Made by a program: the position numbers and the translations under genes. A DNA stretch of 64,000 nt, from assembly GCA_963727775.1 (NCBI GenBank), contig CAVSHB010000001.1, positions 576,001 through 640,000 on the forward strand, given 5' to 3'. The notes beneath the pieces are model-generated. The model was not told where the DNA came from. It made no database searches and saw nothing but the letters and a program-made list of their open reading frames with translations. This DNA comes from an uncultured Nitrospiraceae bacterium. GTDB lineage: Bacteria > Nitrospirota > Thermodesulfovibrionia > Thermodesulfovibrionales > SM23-35. This document shows, piece after piece, positions 42,148-52,305 of this stretch (positions within the stretch are counted from its first letter, which is position 1; the number at the start of each line of letters is the position of its first letter).

Positions 42148-42191
42148 CCACCCTGTCCCGCAGGATTGCGGGAATCCCTCCCCGGGAGCCA
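42113..42191 (+). pseudogene. Degenerate copy of tRNA-Asn carrying two palindromic substitutions
   Basis: Blocks match tRNA positions 13207-13219 (12/13), 13230-13243 (14/14) and 13252-13271 (20/20). Confidence 0.85.
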
Positions 42192-42262
42192 ATAATCTTA
42201 GAGTTAATATAACAGGGCTTAACAATTAAATTAACACGATCGGTAATTCACTAATTTTCTGC

Positions 42263-42313
42263 GGCGTAATATTCATCAGCACAATAAGTCTTATCTGTGC
42301 AACACTACTTCCT
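42263..42313 (+). repeat. ~52-bp dispersed repeat, copy 2
   Basis: Matches 14070-14121. Confidence 0.8.
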
Positions 42314-42485
42314 AAAATCCGTACTTCACAAAACACGCAAAATGTTGTAGGTTATATTCGGTAATTTATAAAAGAAGGGATATCCGCAAAGTAGTTCGGA
42401 TATAGCACTAAAAATGGTGGATTAGACGTACTTCATATATTCGGATAGACCGAATGTTAGGCATGATGCTTGTAAGGAGTGACAG

Positions 42486-43460
42486 ATGTTAAAAATATTG
42501 TATAACTCAAGTCAGATTAGAAAAGAAATTACCAGACTTTTTTCTGCACCGCGTTGCCGAAGAGTTGCTATAGTAGCTTTTGTTGGTGATGGTGCAGAAT
42601 CTTATTTGCCAAAACCAAAAGGATTGCATTTGATTTGCTGGCCAAAAGCAGGCGGTACTAATCCAAATGCTATTCGTCAACTCATAAAACGTAACGTTAA
42701 GGTTTCTTTTGTGGATTCCCTACATATGAAAGTATATTGGGCAGAAGGTCGGGGTGCAATAATAACTTCTGCAAACCTTTCCACAAATGCTCTTGGTTCT
42801 GGAGACTTAAAGGAGGTCGGGGTTCTTTTATCAGATGAAGACCTTGATATCGATTATTTGATTTCGTCTTTAAAATTGCGCAATCCATCAAAAAAGGAAT
42901 TATCAAATTTAGACCGTCTGCACGATTTGTTTTATGTTAAAAATCCCCCTATGCGTAAAAAGAGACATGTCCCGACATTCAAGACATGGTATCAATCAAT
43001 CGCCCCTCGCCTGTGGAAACTCGGCTGGGCAGATGAGCGCGGAACCTTCTCTCGATCAGCAAAGGAAATTGCAAAACAAGATTACGGTCTTTCGCCCTAC
43101 TGGTTTGTCGCCTGCAAAAAGAATGATTTTAGAAAAGAAGACTGGGTTCTAACATTTATGCTCCAAAATAATGCTGCAACAGAACTTGCCTGGATGTTTG
43201 TTGATTACATTGTGCCTGTAGCTAAGAATGACAAACGTGCTTATTCGTCAGAGTATCCTTTTCAAGCAGTTCAAGTTGGCAAACGAAGTCGTTATCCGAT
43301 TCCACCATTCGGAATTGATACAGTTTTTCGAAAAGCGTTCACAAAAGCTATTAAAGAAATTGGAGGTTCAGAAAGAGTAGAAGCACTAAAATCTATGAAA
43401 CCACCGAAAACATTAGTTAAATTAATTGCAAATACTACGCTTAAAAGGAGTTCTATTTGA
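42486..43460 (+). CDS. Phospholipase D-superfamily (HKD) nuclease-like protein
   Basis: AIVAFVG, GGTNP and a single HxK motif, LHMKVYW...ITSANLS...EVG. Confidence 0.75.
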   Translation: MLKILYNSSQIRKEITRLFSAPRCRRVAIVAFVGDGAESYLPKPKGLHLICWPKAGGTNPNAIRQLIKRNVKVSFVDSLHMKVYWAEGRGAIITSANLSTNALGSGDLKEVGVLLSDEDLDIDYLISSLKLRNPSKKELSNLDRLHDLFYVKNPPMRKKRHVPTFKTWYQSIAPRLWKLGWADERGTFSRSAKEIAKQDYGLSPYWFVACKKNDFRKEDWVLTFMLQNNAATELAWMFVDYIVPVAKNDKRAYSSEYPFQAVQVGKRSRYPIPPFGIDTVFRKAFTKAIKEIGGSERVEALKSMKPPKTLVKLIANTTLKRSSI

Positions 43461-43548
43461 ACCATGCTCGACACTTCATTTAACAGGCAGTTTTGCGACG
43501 TTCCAATATCCAGATGCGCCTGTGCTATATTCTTTTATTAGGTGAACG

Positions 43549-44265
43549 ATGAAACCTGATGAAGTCAAAAAAATATTGGAAGCTATCGTTACTACTTTTG
43601 GGCCATTCTTAGGCGCTCTTCTTATATTTACAGTGCTCGTAATTTGCGTTATCTTGTACTTTTTTAAAAAACGTATCGAATCTATTGCAGACGAAATATC
43701 GAAAAAGGCTGTTACTGAATTTGGCAAGAAATTGGATTTGGCTTTTCGAGACGAAGCTTTAAGGATTGATTTGCAGAGCCACCTCGGGAAAACATCAATT
43801 GATAAGAAGCTTACGTTGTATGAAGAGGTTTATTCATTATACTTTGACTATCAGAAGTCATGGACATTTAAGAAAGAAACTCCTCAAGAAGACATTCGGG
43901 CACTTTGGAGTAAGATTCTGCAGATGAGGCAAAAAATATTTTTGAACTCTATATATCTTGGCGGTTACTTGACAGATAATCTTCTGAAAGCAGTTATTTC
44001 AATGCACACTCTCTTAGAGGATAAGGTCGCCAATATTAATAATCCCCTGATAAAATATTTCCCTTCATATGTTCATTCCGATAAAACCCTCTTTTCAGAA
44101 GAAGAAAGACTCGGAGAATATTTGGACAAGTCCAGAACATGGCTGTACGAGAATTTGTTGACAGACCAAAATATAAGAATGTACGACTTCACGGATAACC
44201 AGAAAAACTTCCTGAGAGAAGAAAGAGAGAAGATTTTTCACCCAAGCCATGAATACGGCGCATAG
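43549..44265 (+). CDS. Hypothetical protein with N-terminal transmembrane helix
   Basis: 238-aa ORF with AGGTG RBS and hydrophobic FLGALLIFTVLVICVILYFF. Confidence 0.7.
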   Translation: MKPDEVKKILEAIVTTFGPFLGALLIFTVLVICVILYFFKKRIESIADEISKKAVTEFGKKLDLAFRDEALRIDLQSHLGKTSIDKKLTLYEEVYSLYFDYQKSWTFKKETPQEDIRALWSKILQMRQKIFLNSIYLGGYLTDNLLKAVISMHTLLEDKVANINNPLIKYFPSYVHSDKTLFSEEERLGEYLDKSRTWLYENLLTDQNIRMYDFTDNQKNFLREEREKIFHPSHEYGA

Positions 44266-44637
44266 CATGGTGCAAGAGATTAACGTCCAAACCATTTGGG
44301 CTTTTTTTGAACTGTGAACGTTCATTTGTACCGGAAATTTTCATTTTTCACCACCTCTTGATTGTTCTGATTTGTAGGTGAAGTCCATAAACAACGGGTG
44401 TTTGTTATGGGTGTTAAACTATTCCTTCGCTGGAAGGACCTATCTTCTTGCTATTTGAGTGGCATGGTTATATCCTGCAAGGTGAATATAGATAAACGTG
44501 ACGATTCTGCATCAGATGCATAGTTTAATGTCCCTTTCTTATATTGCAAAAATATTACTATGATAGTAAATTCAAATAAGAAAGGAGGACAAAGGTTTTT
44601 CGGCTGCAACTATTCGGATTACACCTTCTGAAAAATA

Positions 44638-45945
44638 ATGAACCGGTACAGAGCTGAATATAAAAAGAAATTGACATCTCCGCAAAAGGCGGTGGAAAGA
44701 ATAAAAAATGGCGATACTATTATTCACAGCGTTACATTAACTGAACCACCTGCTCTTTTGAACGCCATCGCTGATAGGGCAAGAGCAGGAGATATTAAAG
44801 GGATTAAGATATACTCCTTTAATCCATCCGTGTATGCTGAAAAGTCTTACTTCTCTGTAGATCTTTGTGATTGTATCGAAACATATTCATGGTTTGTCAG
44901 CAAAACAGCCAGGAACCAGGTTGCCGTTGGACTCTGTCAGTATATACCATCATATCTTCACCAAGTCCCTAAATTCATACAGGAAAATATGACTGTTGAT
45001 GTCACTGTTACAACTGTCTCGCCGATGGACAACGCCGGTTTTTTCAGCCTTGGCCTGGCCAACCCATTCACATCAATCGCTGCAAGACAAAGCAAAATGT
45101 TTATCGTTGAAGTTAATAAAAACATGCCCCGTGTTTTTGGCGATTGCCTTGTGCATATTTCTGAGGTAGATGCAATAGCAGAAAATCATGTTCCACTTCT
45201 GGATTTACCGCTGCCCGAGCCAAAACCTGAAGATGAAATTATAGGTAAGCAAATGGTTGAATTGATACCTGACGGAGCTGCTCTTCAGTTGGGAATCGGC
45301 ACCCTCCCGAACGCTATATGCCCATTCCTTACAGGGCATAAAGACCTCGGAATTCATACAGAGCTTCTTGGTCCCGGAATGGTAGAACTTATTAAAAATG
45401 GCGTTATTAACGGGCGCAGGAAAACTCTCCACCGCCGAAAGCACATTTTTTCTGTCTGTTACGGCAGGAAGGACACCTTTGATTTTATGGACGATAATCC
45501 GAGTATGGAATGTTATCCTTCTTCTTATGTTATGGATCCGTCTGTTATTTCTAAAAACGATAATATGATAGCTATCAATTCTATTATCGAAGTAGATCTG
45601 ACAGGTCAATGCAATGCCGAGTTTCTGGGAGGATTTCAATACAGCGGTACCGGCGGTCAACTGGATTTTGTCAGGGGAGCTTATGCATCCCGTGGCGGAA
45701 AGTCAATTATGGCTTTTTATGCTACCGCGAAAAAAGGGGAGGTGTCCCGCGTTGTTCCCCGGCTGGCGGAAGGGACAAGCGTTACAACTCCACGAATGGA
45801 TGTGCAATATCTTGCAACAGAGTATGGGATTGTAAATTTAAAGCAAAAGTCTGTTCGCGAAAGAGCCTTAGCATTAATCAGCATTGCACACCCTAAATTC
45901 AGGGACAGCCTGTTGCGGGAGGCTGAAAATATGCTTCTCATGTAG
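44638..45945 (+). CDS. Acetyl-CoA hydrolase/transferase family (4-hydroxybutyrate CoA-transferase-like)
   Basis: EVNKNMPRVFGD, LQLGIG, DLGIHTE, SGTGGQLDFVRGA, IAHPKFR. Confidence 0.92.
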   Translation: MNRYRAEYKKKLTSPQKAVERIKNGDTIIHSVTLTEPPALLNAIADRARAGDIKGIKIYSFNPSVYAEKSYFSVDLCDCIETYSWFVSKTARNQVAVGLCQYIPSYLHQVPKFIQENMTVDVTVTTVSPMDNAGFFSLGLANPFTSIAARQSKMFIVEVNKNMPRVFGDCLVHISEVDAIAENHVPLLDLPLPEPKPEDEIIGKQMVELIPDGAALQLGIGTLPNAICPFLTGHKDLGIHTELLGPGMVELIKNGVINGRRKTLHRRKHIFSVCYGRKDTFDFMDDNPSMECYPSSYVMDPSVISKNDNMIAINSIIEVDLTGQCNAEFLGGFQYSGTGGQLDFVRGAYASRGGKSIMAFYATAKKGEVSRVVPRLAEGTSVTTPRMDVQYLATEYGIVNLKQKSVRERALALISIAHPKFRDSLLREAENMLLM

Positions 45946-45990
45946 ACCCACAATTATTCGTCATTATGAAATAAGGCCGTGCGATTTGCG

Positions 45991-47934
45991 TCAAGACCGA
46001 TTTTCTGAGCCTTTAAATTCAATTACCATCATAGTAATATCATCCGACTGCGATACACCGTGAGCAAAAGAAACAACCTTTTCCATTATTCCCTCAAGTA
46101 TCTCTTGAATAGGCTTGTCCTGTAATGCAATGACATCTTTTCCGAGCCGTTCACTTGTGAATTGTTCTTCATGTTCATTCATTGCCTCTGTAACACCATC
46201 GGTATACATGAAAAGCGCATCTCCGGGATGGAATACAATTCGGTCCGTCTTATAATTGACCTGTTCCATTGCGCCAATAAAGATATTCGTCTCTCCTTCA
46301 AGCCATATCACTTGTTTCCCCTTTTGAATGATTAACGGAGGGTTATGTCCTGCGTTCGTGTACAATATTTCTCCTGTTTTCGTATCCAGAATCCCGCAAA
46401 AAACAGTTACAAACATACTGGAATCATTGCCGATACAAAGTTCTTCGTTCACTTTAGTTAAAAGTTCACCAGGTGCTATGCCCGGAGTAGCTATCGCTTT
46501 TATAAATGTTCTGGTCACGGCCATGAAAAGAGCTGCAGGGATGCCTTTACCTGAAACATCAGCGATGACGAAACAGAGGAGATTCTGATCAATGAAGAAA
46601 AAGTCATAGAAGTCTCCTCCGATTTCCTTTGCAGGTTTGATCGTTGCAAAGATGTCGAACTCTGTCCTGTCAGGGAATGGAGGAAATTTTTTGGGTAGGA
46701 TACCCATCTGTATTTCACTGGCTATTTTTAGTTCGCTTTCAATCCTTTCCTTTGCGGCAGTGGTCTCCGTAAGTTGTCTGATGTATTCTTTCAATGATGT
46801 TTTCATATAATGGAATGCTGCTGTGAGTTTACCTACCTCATCGCCTGATTTCACAGGGGGCAATTCAATGTCCAAGTCTCCCGTACCAATACGCTCGGCT
46901 GCTTCGGACATTTCTCTCAATTGTCTTGTAATTGACCTCGTATTCAGTATTACCGCTACTGAAAGGAGCAAAATACCCGCTATCCCAAGAAATATAACTG
47001 TTCTGTTGAGATGAATTATATCCTCTGTCAGTTCATCCTTTGGATAAATAACCCCGATAGCCCATCCACTTGAAGGCACGGGAGTATAATACATCCAGCA
47101 CGGTCTCCCACGAACGATGCTTCTAAATGGAACAAAACCCGACTCGCCTCTGATCATCTTTCTCCCGATTTCTCTAAGAAGGGCATCGCCTCTTCTTTCT
47201 GCCACACTGAATATGGTTTCGTTCATGATCAATTCTTTATTATAGTGAGTTATAACCGTCCCATTCTTTGAAATCAGAAAGGCATACCCTGTCTTTAGTA
47301 TCTTTATAGAAAGAATCATCTCCCTGAGCCACTCAAGTGACACATCCGCTGTTACAACACCCATGAATTGTCTCTTCCCTTTAACATTTTTATGGAAGGG
47401 GACTGAATAGGTTGCCATCATTATATTCCCGGACCCTTCGTCAAAATATGGTTCACTCCATACAGGGCGGTCCAGTTCTTTGGGGATTTGATACCAATCT
47501 GAAATGAAATAGTTATATTTAAAAACATCTTGTAAATTTTTCAGTCTTATCTTGCCGTTTTCTTTATAAAAATAGGGTGCAAAGGCGGGTAAATTATTAT
47601 CGAATGAATAATGTTCAAACGCTATCGTAGAACCATATATTTCGGGATTGTTTTCGACTGTTATTTTGAGAAACTGTAATAGTTCTTTTTTATTATAAGA
47701 ACTGTTTTCCAAAAAACAGGCCATGTTTTCTGTCACTTTCTGAACTGAACGGAGTATGGTTTCAATCCTGTTTGCGGTGGAAAAAGCAAGATTTTTCGCG
47801 TTCTCTTTTACATCCTTTTCTATCATCCGTCGTGACGCATAGTAGTTGTAGCTGAGAATGATCAAAAAAACAAGAGCACTGCTCAATGTAATCAGGACTA
47901 TGAGTTTAAAAGCTATGCCTCTATTTTTCAGCAT
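45991..47934 (-). CDS. Cache-HAMP-SpoIIE (PP2C) serine phosphatase, RsbU-like
   Basis: Two TM segments, WSEPYFD (dCache), DEVGKL (HAMP), GGDFYD, DVSGKG, NAGH, YTDGVTE, DDIT. Confidence 0.92.
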   Translation of the reverse strand: MLKNRGIAFKLIVLITLSSALVFLIILSYNYYASRRMIEKDVKENAKNLAFSTANRIETILRSVQKVTENMACFLENSSYNKKELLQFLKITVENNPEIYGSTIAFEHYSFDNNLPAFAPYFYKENGKIRLKNLQDVFKYNYFISDWYQIPKELDRPVWSEPYFDEGSGNIMMATYSVPFHKNVKGKRQFMGVVTADVSLEWLREMILSIKILKTGYAFLISKNGTVITHYNKELIMNETIFSVAERRGDALLREIGRKMIRGESGFVPFRSIVRGRPCWMYYTPVPSSGWAIGVIYPKDELTEDIIHLNRTVIFLGIAGILLLSVAVILNTRSITRQLREMSEAAERIGTGDLDIELPPVKSGDEVGKLTAAFHYMKTSLKEYIRQLTETTAAKERIESELKIASEIQMGILPKKFPPFPDRTEFDIFATIKPAKEIGGDFYDFFFIDQNLLCFVIADVSGKGIPAALFMAVTRTFIKAIATPGIAPGELLTKVNEELCIGNDSSMFVTVFCGILDTKTGEILYTNAGHNPPLIIQKGKQVIWLEGETNIFIGAMEQVNYKTDRIVFHPGDALFMYTDGVTEAMNEHEEQFTSERLGKDVIALQDKPIQEILEGIMEKVVSFAHGVSQSDDITMMVIEFKGSENRS

Positions 47935-48934
47935 GTACGGAACACTCTCGGCAGAAAGATTCAAACTCCGGTATGTCTTTTATAAAACCATTTTCTTTCA
48001 GCTCTTTCGCTACCCGTAAAAAATCGGCCTTGAGTAATATGCCGATAGGGGTTTTATTATCCTGAGGAGAAATAAGATCTTTTGTCTTTTCAAGCATCCA
48101 TTTCTGGTGCACTCTGTTTGCAGGAATGTTCACTATTGTCATGTATTTCAACACAATGTCAAGTGCCTCATCAGGATGAGCAAAGGCATATTGCCAGCCT
48201 TCAATAGAGGCTTTTACAAAAGCACAGGAAAGTGAAGGGTCTTTATTGAAATTGCTTTCAAGGGTATATATTCCGTCCTCAGGAAAATTCAGCCCATGGT
48301 CATAAAAGAAAAAAGTTGTCAATTCTTCAGGGTTAATTCCTGAATTTATGATAGTGTGGTATTCGTTATACCACATGGCAGATGCAACATCTACACCGTC
48401 TCTGAGGAAAAGATTGACTGAAGATGACTGGGGTATAACCCTTACTTTAAGATTATATTTTTTAAATAAAGCTTTCGGCTGGATTTGATATTCTGCGCTC
48501 CAGAGGCCGACTTTCTTGCCATTTATATCCTGAGGCTTAAGTATACCTTTTGTTTTTTTTGCAACGAGCATTAAGGCAGAGCGCTGTATTATTTGTCCGA
48601 TATTTACTAATTTTACTCCTTGAGATCGTTTCTGGATTGCCGTTGAAAGCCACATGGTTGCAAAGTCAGCTTTCCCTTTTTTAAGAAATTCTACAGAGGA
48701 ACTGTTAGGGCCGCCTTTGAGAATAGTTAAATCAATTCCATATTTTTTATAGATTCCCTTTTCATAGGCGACATAATATCCTGCAAATTGTGCCTGCGGC
48801 TGCCAATGAGGAATAAAAGTTACTTTCTTTAGATTTTCCCCCAGGCATGGAGAGATCATAAAGTTAAATATAATGAGCAACAGTGCGTATGTTCTCAGTC
48901 TGAATTTGCTTTTAATCTTTATTTTGAGGTGCAT
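47921..48934 (-). CDS. NMT1/THI5-like periplasmic substrate-binding protein
   Basis: WQPQAQFAGYYVA, YNEY, ASIEGWQYA; overlaps the start of the phosphatase gene. Confidence 0.85.
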   Translation of the reverse strand: MHLKIKIKSKFRLRTYALLLIIFNFMISPCLGENLKKVTFIPHWQPQAQFAGYYVAYEKGIYKKYGIDLTILKGGPNSSSVEFLKKGKADFATMWLSTAIQKRSQGVKLVNIGQIIQRSALMLVAKKTKGILKPQDINGKKVGLWSAEYQIQPKALFKKYNLKVRVIPQSSSVNLFLRDGVDVASAMWYNEYHTIINSGINPEELTTFFFYDHGLNFPEDGIYTLESNFNKDPSLSCAFVKASIEGWQYAFAHPDEALDIVLKYMTIVNIPANRVHQKWMLEKTKDLISPQDNKTPIGILLKADFLRVAKELKENGFIKDIPEFESFCRECSVHAEK

Positions 48935-49045
48935 TACTCTTAAGCGGCATAGGCCAATCGACCGGATGCATCGCATTACTTTTCATGTTTTGTGTAATGT
49001 AAGAATTTTAATATTAATAATTAATTCTCTAATCTTGCGCAGCAT

Positions 49046-49141
49046 TGAGAAACCCGGTTAGTACAGATTAGAACAAATGCCATTGCTGGATCTGTGCGTC
49101 AGTCCACTTATTCGCGTACAAAACAAACGCATATCCTCAGG
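49046..49141 (-). repeat. Degenerate element homologous to the DNA flanking IS1634 copy 1
   Basis: Reverse complement aligns across the empty-site junction ~27150-27194/29047-29097 (CTGAxGCACA...GCATTTGTT..AATCTGTA..AACCGGGTTTCTC). Confidence 0.6.
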
Positions 49142-49447
49142 TTGTTGCTATTTGTTAAAATTCGAAAGACTTCCTCCGCGCAATTCTCAATAGAGTCTAA
49201 TATTGGATGAACATTTCTATAGCTTCTATTTTTAATCCCAGCGGACTTATAGGTAAATCCAATAATGAGAGCTTGTTTTTATAGAGCGAATCCATATCAA
49301 CCCCCTGAAAAGATATTAACCCTAATCGTAATAAATGGTTCCGGAATATGCAATGGCCGGCTCTAAAGGGACGGGATCAAAGGGGAAAGCAACCTTTTCT
49401 GTAAATATCCCCACTTCCCCATCCAGGGTAAAATCTCACGGAATCAA

Positions 49448-49903
49448 TTATTGATAATAACCGCAGCCTACTACAATATCCTGATATTTTTCTACATATG
49501 TACGCTTCTTCTGAACCTTTTTCGTTACGGGGTTCATAAAGTCATACGAAACCCAGCCGCTATCGGATTTCTTAACGAGTTCTATCATCTGTTTAACGAA
49601 CTTTGTCTGGCTTTCGTCCTTGATATCCATATGGTTTTTTCCAACCCATTGGGGAAATTGGCCATGTGCAAGGACTGTGCCATCAAGTTTGTTTACGAAG
49701 ACATAGGTATCCTTGACAGTAAAACGCCCCTTTTTATTGCTGATTTCAGCTAAGGCTTTTTCACGGCCGACTTCTTTGATGTACGCAATAGCCTTTTGCA
49801 CCATCTCCTGTGCCTGTTTTTCTTTGCCTTCGCCCGCGTATGATAAAAGCGCAGAGGACAATAAAATACCAACAGTCAATAAAACAACACTAAACTTTTT
49901 CAT
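49448..49903 (-). CDS. Stand-alone exported single Cache domain protein
   Basis: Signal peptide, YVFV, LAHG, GWVSY, KKRTYV, VGCGYY. Confidence 0.85.
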   Translation of the reverse strand: MKKFSVVLLTVGILLSSALLSYAGEGKEKQAQEMVQKAIAYIKEVGREKALAEISNKKGRFTVKDTYVFVNKLDGTVLAHGQFPQWVGKNHMDIKDESQTKFVKQMIELVKKSDSGWVSYDFMNPVTKKVQKKRTYVEKYQDIVVGCGYYQ

Positions 49904-50208
49904 GTTACTAACCTCCATTATTTAAAATTAACATGAATCATGCATCAGAACACGAGGTAACATAACACAAGAGGTTAAAACACAACAAGGCTTACATTTA
50001 ATGCGCCCGCCAGGCCGGGGGATTTTTTCGCTTCTTTTCAAAGAAACTTCGAGCGTTCGCAGAATATATTGGCTATTACGAGGCTGCATTAACCGTAGCA
50101 CGCTCTTCTATCACCAATTTTTCTTGAGGAGTTTATCCTAAATTTGAGTTATTGCTTTTTAACAGACCTTTATCTAAACTTTTATTAAACAAAACTGCAG
50201 GAGGAATT

Positions 50209-50544
50209 ATGGAAATAGATGCTCAAAAGAAAAAGAACGCTTTAGTTGTTTCAGCGAAAGGCAGGATTGATGCTATTACAGCGCCCCAGTTTGAAAACAG
50301 TTTATTTGATTTCATATCTAAAGGGGAGAATATTTTTGTTATTAATTTTGCTCATCTTGAATATATAAGCAGCGCCGGCCTTAGAAGTATTCTTGCAACT
50401 GCTAAAAAATTAAAAGAAAAAAAAGGTAAAATGCTGTTTGCCGGATTACAGGAGCCTGTTAAGGAGGTTTTCAGGATTTCAGGGTTTAACTCTATCTTTC
50501 AAGTATTCACTACCGATGAAGAAGCGCTTGCGACAATTGAATGA
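50209..50544 (+). CDS. STAS-domain anti-sigma factor antagonist (RsbV/SpoIIAA-like)
   Basis: GRIDAITAP, LEYISSAGLR (phospho-Ser motif), VFRISGF. Confidence 0.92.
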   Translation: MEIDAQKKKNALVVSAKGRIDAITAPQFENSLFDFISKGENIFVINFAHLEYISSAGLRSILATAKKLKEKKGKMLFAGLQEPVKEVFRISGFNSIFQVFTTDEEALATIE

Positions 50545-50960
50545 AAATTCTCTCGCAAAAAAAAATACCTGCAAGGCTTGATTATTTGAAGAAAAGCTTA
50601 GATTTTATCTCATCTTGCGCAAGAGATCAGGGGTTTAATATGAAGAAAATCCTCGAGATAGAACTTGCGGCCGAGGAAGCCCTTGTGAATATTTTCAATT
50701 ACGCATATAAAGGTAGAGAAGGGGATGTTGAGATTATCTGCAAGCTTGATAATAATGAAAACTTCATGATCGAGATAGCGGACTCGGGGGAGCCTTTTAA
50801 TGTGCTTTCTGTTGCAGATCCGGATATCCACGCTGACATTTCCGAACGTCAACCAGGAGGCCTCGGCGTATTTTTCATAAAAAAATTAATGGACGGTGTC
50901 CAATATAGATATGAAGGAAACAAGAACATATTAAGACTTATTATTTCTAAGGAGAAATGA
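50541..50960 (+). CDS. Anti-sigma factor Ser/Thr kinase (RsbW/SpoIIAB-like)
   Basis: EEALVNIFNYAY, DSGEPFN, GGLGVFFIKKLMD. Confidence 0.92.
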   Translation: MKILSQKKIPARLDYLKKSLDFISSCARDQGFNMKKILEIELAAEEALVNIFNYAYKGREGDVEIICKLDNNENFMIEIADSGEPFNVLSVADPDIHADISERQPGGLGVFFIKKLMDGVQYRYEGNKNILRLIISKEK

Positions 50961-51149
50961 TATCCTGCTGAGGCGGCATTTGGGTAGAAGAGAATGTTGA
51001 AGAGGCATATGTCGTTGACAAATTGTAATCTTTATCTTACGATTTACACACGCATTAGAGAAGGAGGATTTGTTTGGAAGGATGTGCGGCAGTGTATCCG
51101 GCACCGGGCCTCAGGATAGAGCGTAAGAATCTTCGGCAGCAGATGGGTC

Positions 51150-52148
51150 ATGGCTAATAACGATCAGATAGCCATCCTGTTACAGGGTTCGGAGAGGTGG
51201 AACAAATGGAGAGAAGAAAACCGCGAAGCTGAAATAGATCTCAGCAATGCGGAACTGGATGGCGCCAATCTCTCTTCGATGAATCTACGGAATGCCAACT
51301 TTTCTCATGCGTCGATGAAGGGCGCCAATTTTGCCAACTCTGACCTGAGCAGCACGACTTTTGCGCTTGCCGACCTCGAAAACGCCTTATTTTTTTTCTC
51401 CACTCTTGTAGGGGCGGACATGAGGGGGGCCAACCTGCTGAACGTTTCACTGGAAGACGCAAAGCTTGCAGGAGCGGACTTTTCTCACGCCAACCTCACA
51501 GGCGCCATGATGGCCCATGCCGACTGCAAGAACATTGATCTTGTAAATGCGAACCTGACAGGTGCGAACTTGACAGGTGCGAACCTGGAAAGCGCAAAGG
51601 TTTCCTCCGTCGTCTATGACCGGAAGATTTTTTTCAGGACCCTGAAGAAGGTAAAGTTCAGCCCGGTGAAGATGTGGGGAAAGAGGTATGATCTTCTGCT
51701 CGGCACGACGTGTCGATGCAAGGGTGTCCACACGGCGTCGTGTTACGGCAGTCAGAGGTTCCAGCTTTTTCTTGAAGACCAGGATTATCTCGAGGAACTT
51801 CTGGAAACCAAATGGGGTAAACCGATAGTGTTCATCTGGTGGGCCCTCGCGGACTGTGGCCGTTCGATGATGCGATGGGCGGGCTGGTCCTTACTCTTCG
51901 TATTGTTTTTTGCCATCCTTTACTGGGAGATGGGAGCTCAACATTTCCATGTTGCGAACCTCCCGTTCGGTCTGATAACGATGGTGTATTACAGCATGGT
52001 TACCTTTACGACCCTGGGATTCGGGGACGTTGCTCCAAAGACCAACTTCGCCGCGATGCTGATTACCGCAGAAGTGATCATCGGCTACATAATGCTGGGG
52101 GGTCTGATCTCCATATTCGCGAATAAGCTGGCGCGCAGAAGGCGATAA
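51150..52148 (+). CDS. Pentapeptide-repeat protein with C-terminal two-TM potassium channel-like domain
   Basis: A(N/D)LxG repeats; YYSMVTFTTLGFGD pore motif. Confidence 0.88.
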   Translation: MANNDQIAILLQGSERWNKWREENREAEIDLSNAELDGANLSSMNLRNANFSHASMKGANFANSDLSSTTFALADLENALFFFSTLVGADMRGANLLNVSLEDAKLAGADFSHANLTGAMMAHADCKNIDLVNANLTGANLTGANLESAKVSSVVYDRKIFFRTLKKVKFSPVKMWGKRYDLLLGTTCRCKGVHTASCYGSQRFQLFLEDQDYLEELLETKWGKPIVFIWWALADCGRSMMRWAGWSLLFVLFFAILYWEMGAQHFHVANLPFGLITMVYYSMVTFTTLGFGDVAPKTNFAAMLITAEVIIGYIMLGGLISIFANKLARRRR

Positions 52149-52256
52149 GCGTACGAATTCTTCGCGGGACGGAAAGCGCGTACGATCCCTGCCCTTGCTG
52201 TCAGAGTCATGTATTTTATTGAGTCAGAGTTTATTACTTGCCTGCAATTGTAGCCC

Positions 52257-52299
52257 TTGACATCCATAAACTATTGTTTATATATTAACAAATAATAGT
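52257..52299 (+). promoter_or_regulatory. Putative promoter and ArsR-type operator of the ars-like operon
   Basis: TTGACA...TATATT overlapped by the imperfect inverted repeat ACTATTGTT...AACAAATAATAGT. Confidence 0.45.
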
Positions 52300-52305
52300 A
52301 AAACG

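Noticed and set aside
42113..42191. Second functional tRNA-Asn
   Set aside because: It lacks the 5' acceptor strand, and the anticodon stem and T-loop are replaced by palindromes.
44460..44479. sigma54 promoter upstream of the CoA-transferase
   Set aside because: GG and GC are separated by 14 nt rather than 10.
51547..51587. 15-nt tandem repeat (GCGAACxTGACAGGT)
   Set aside because: Explained by the ANLTG pentapeptide coding repeats.
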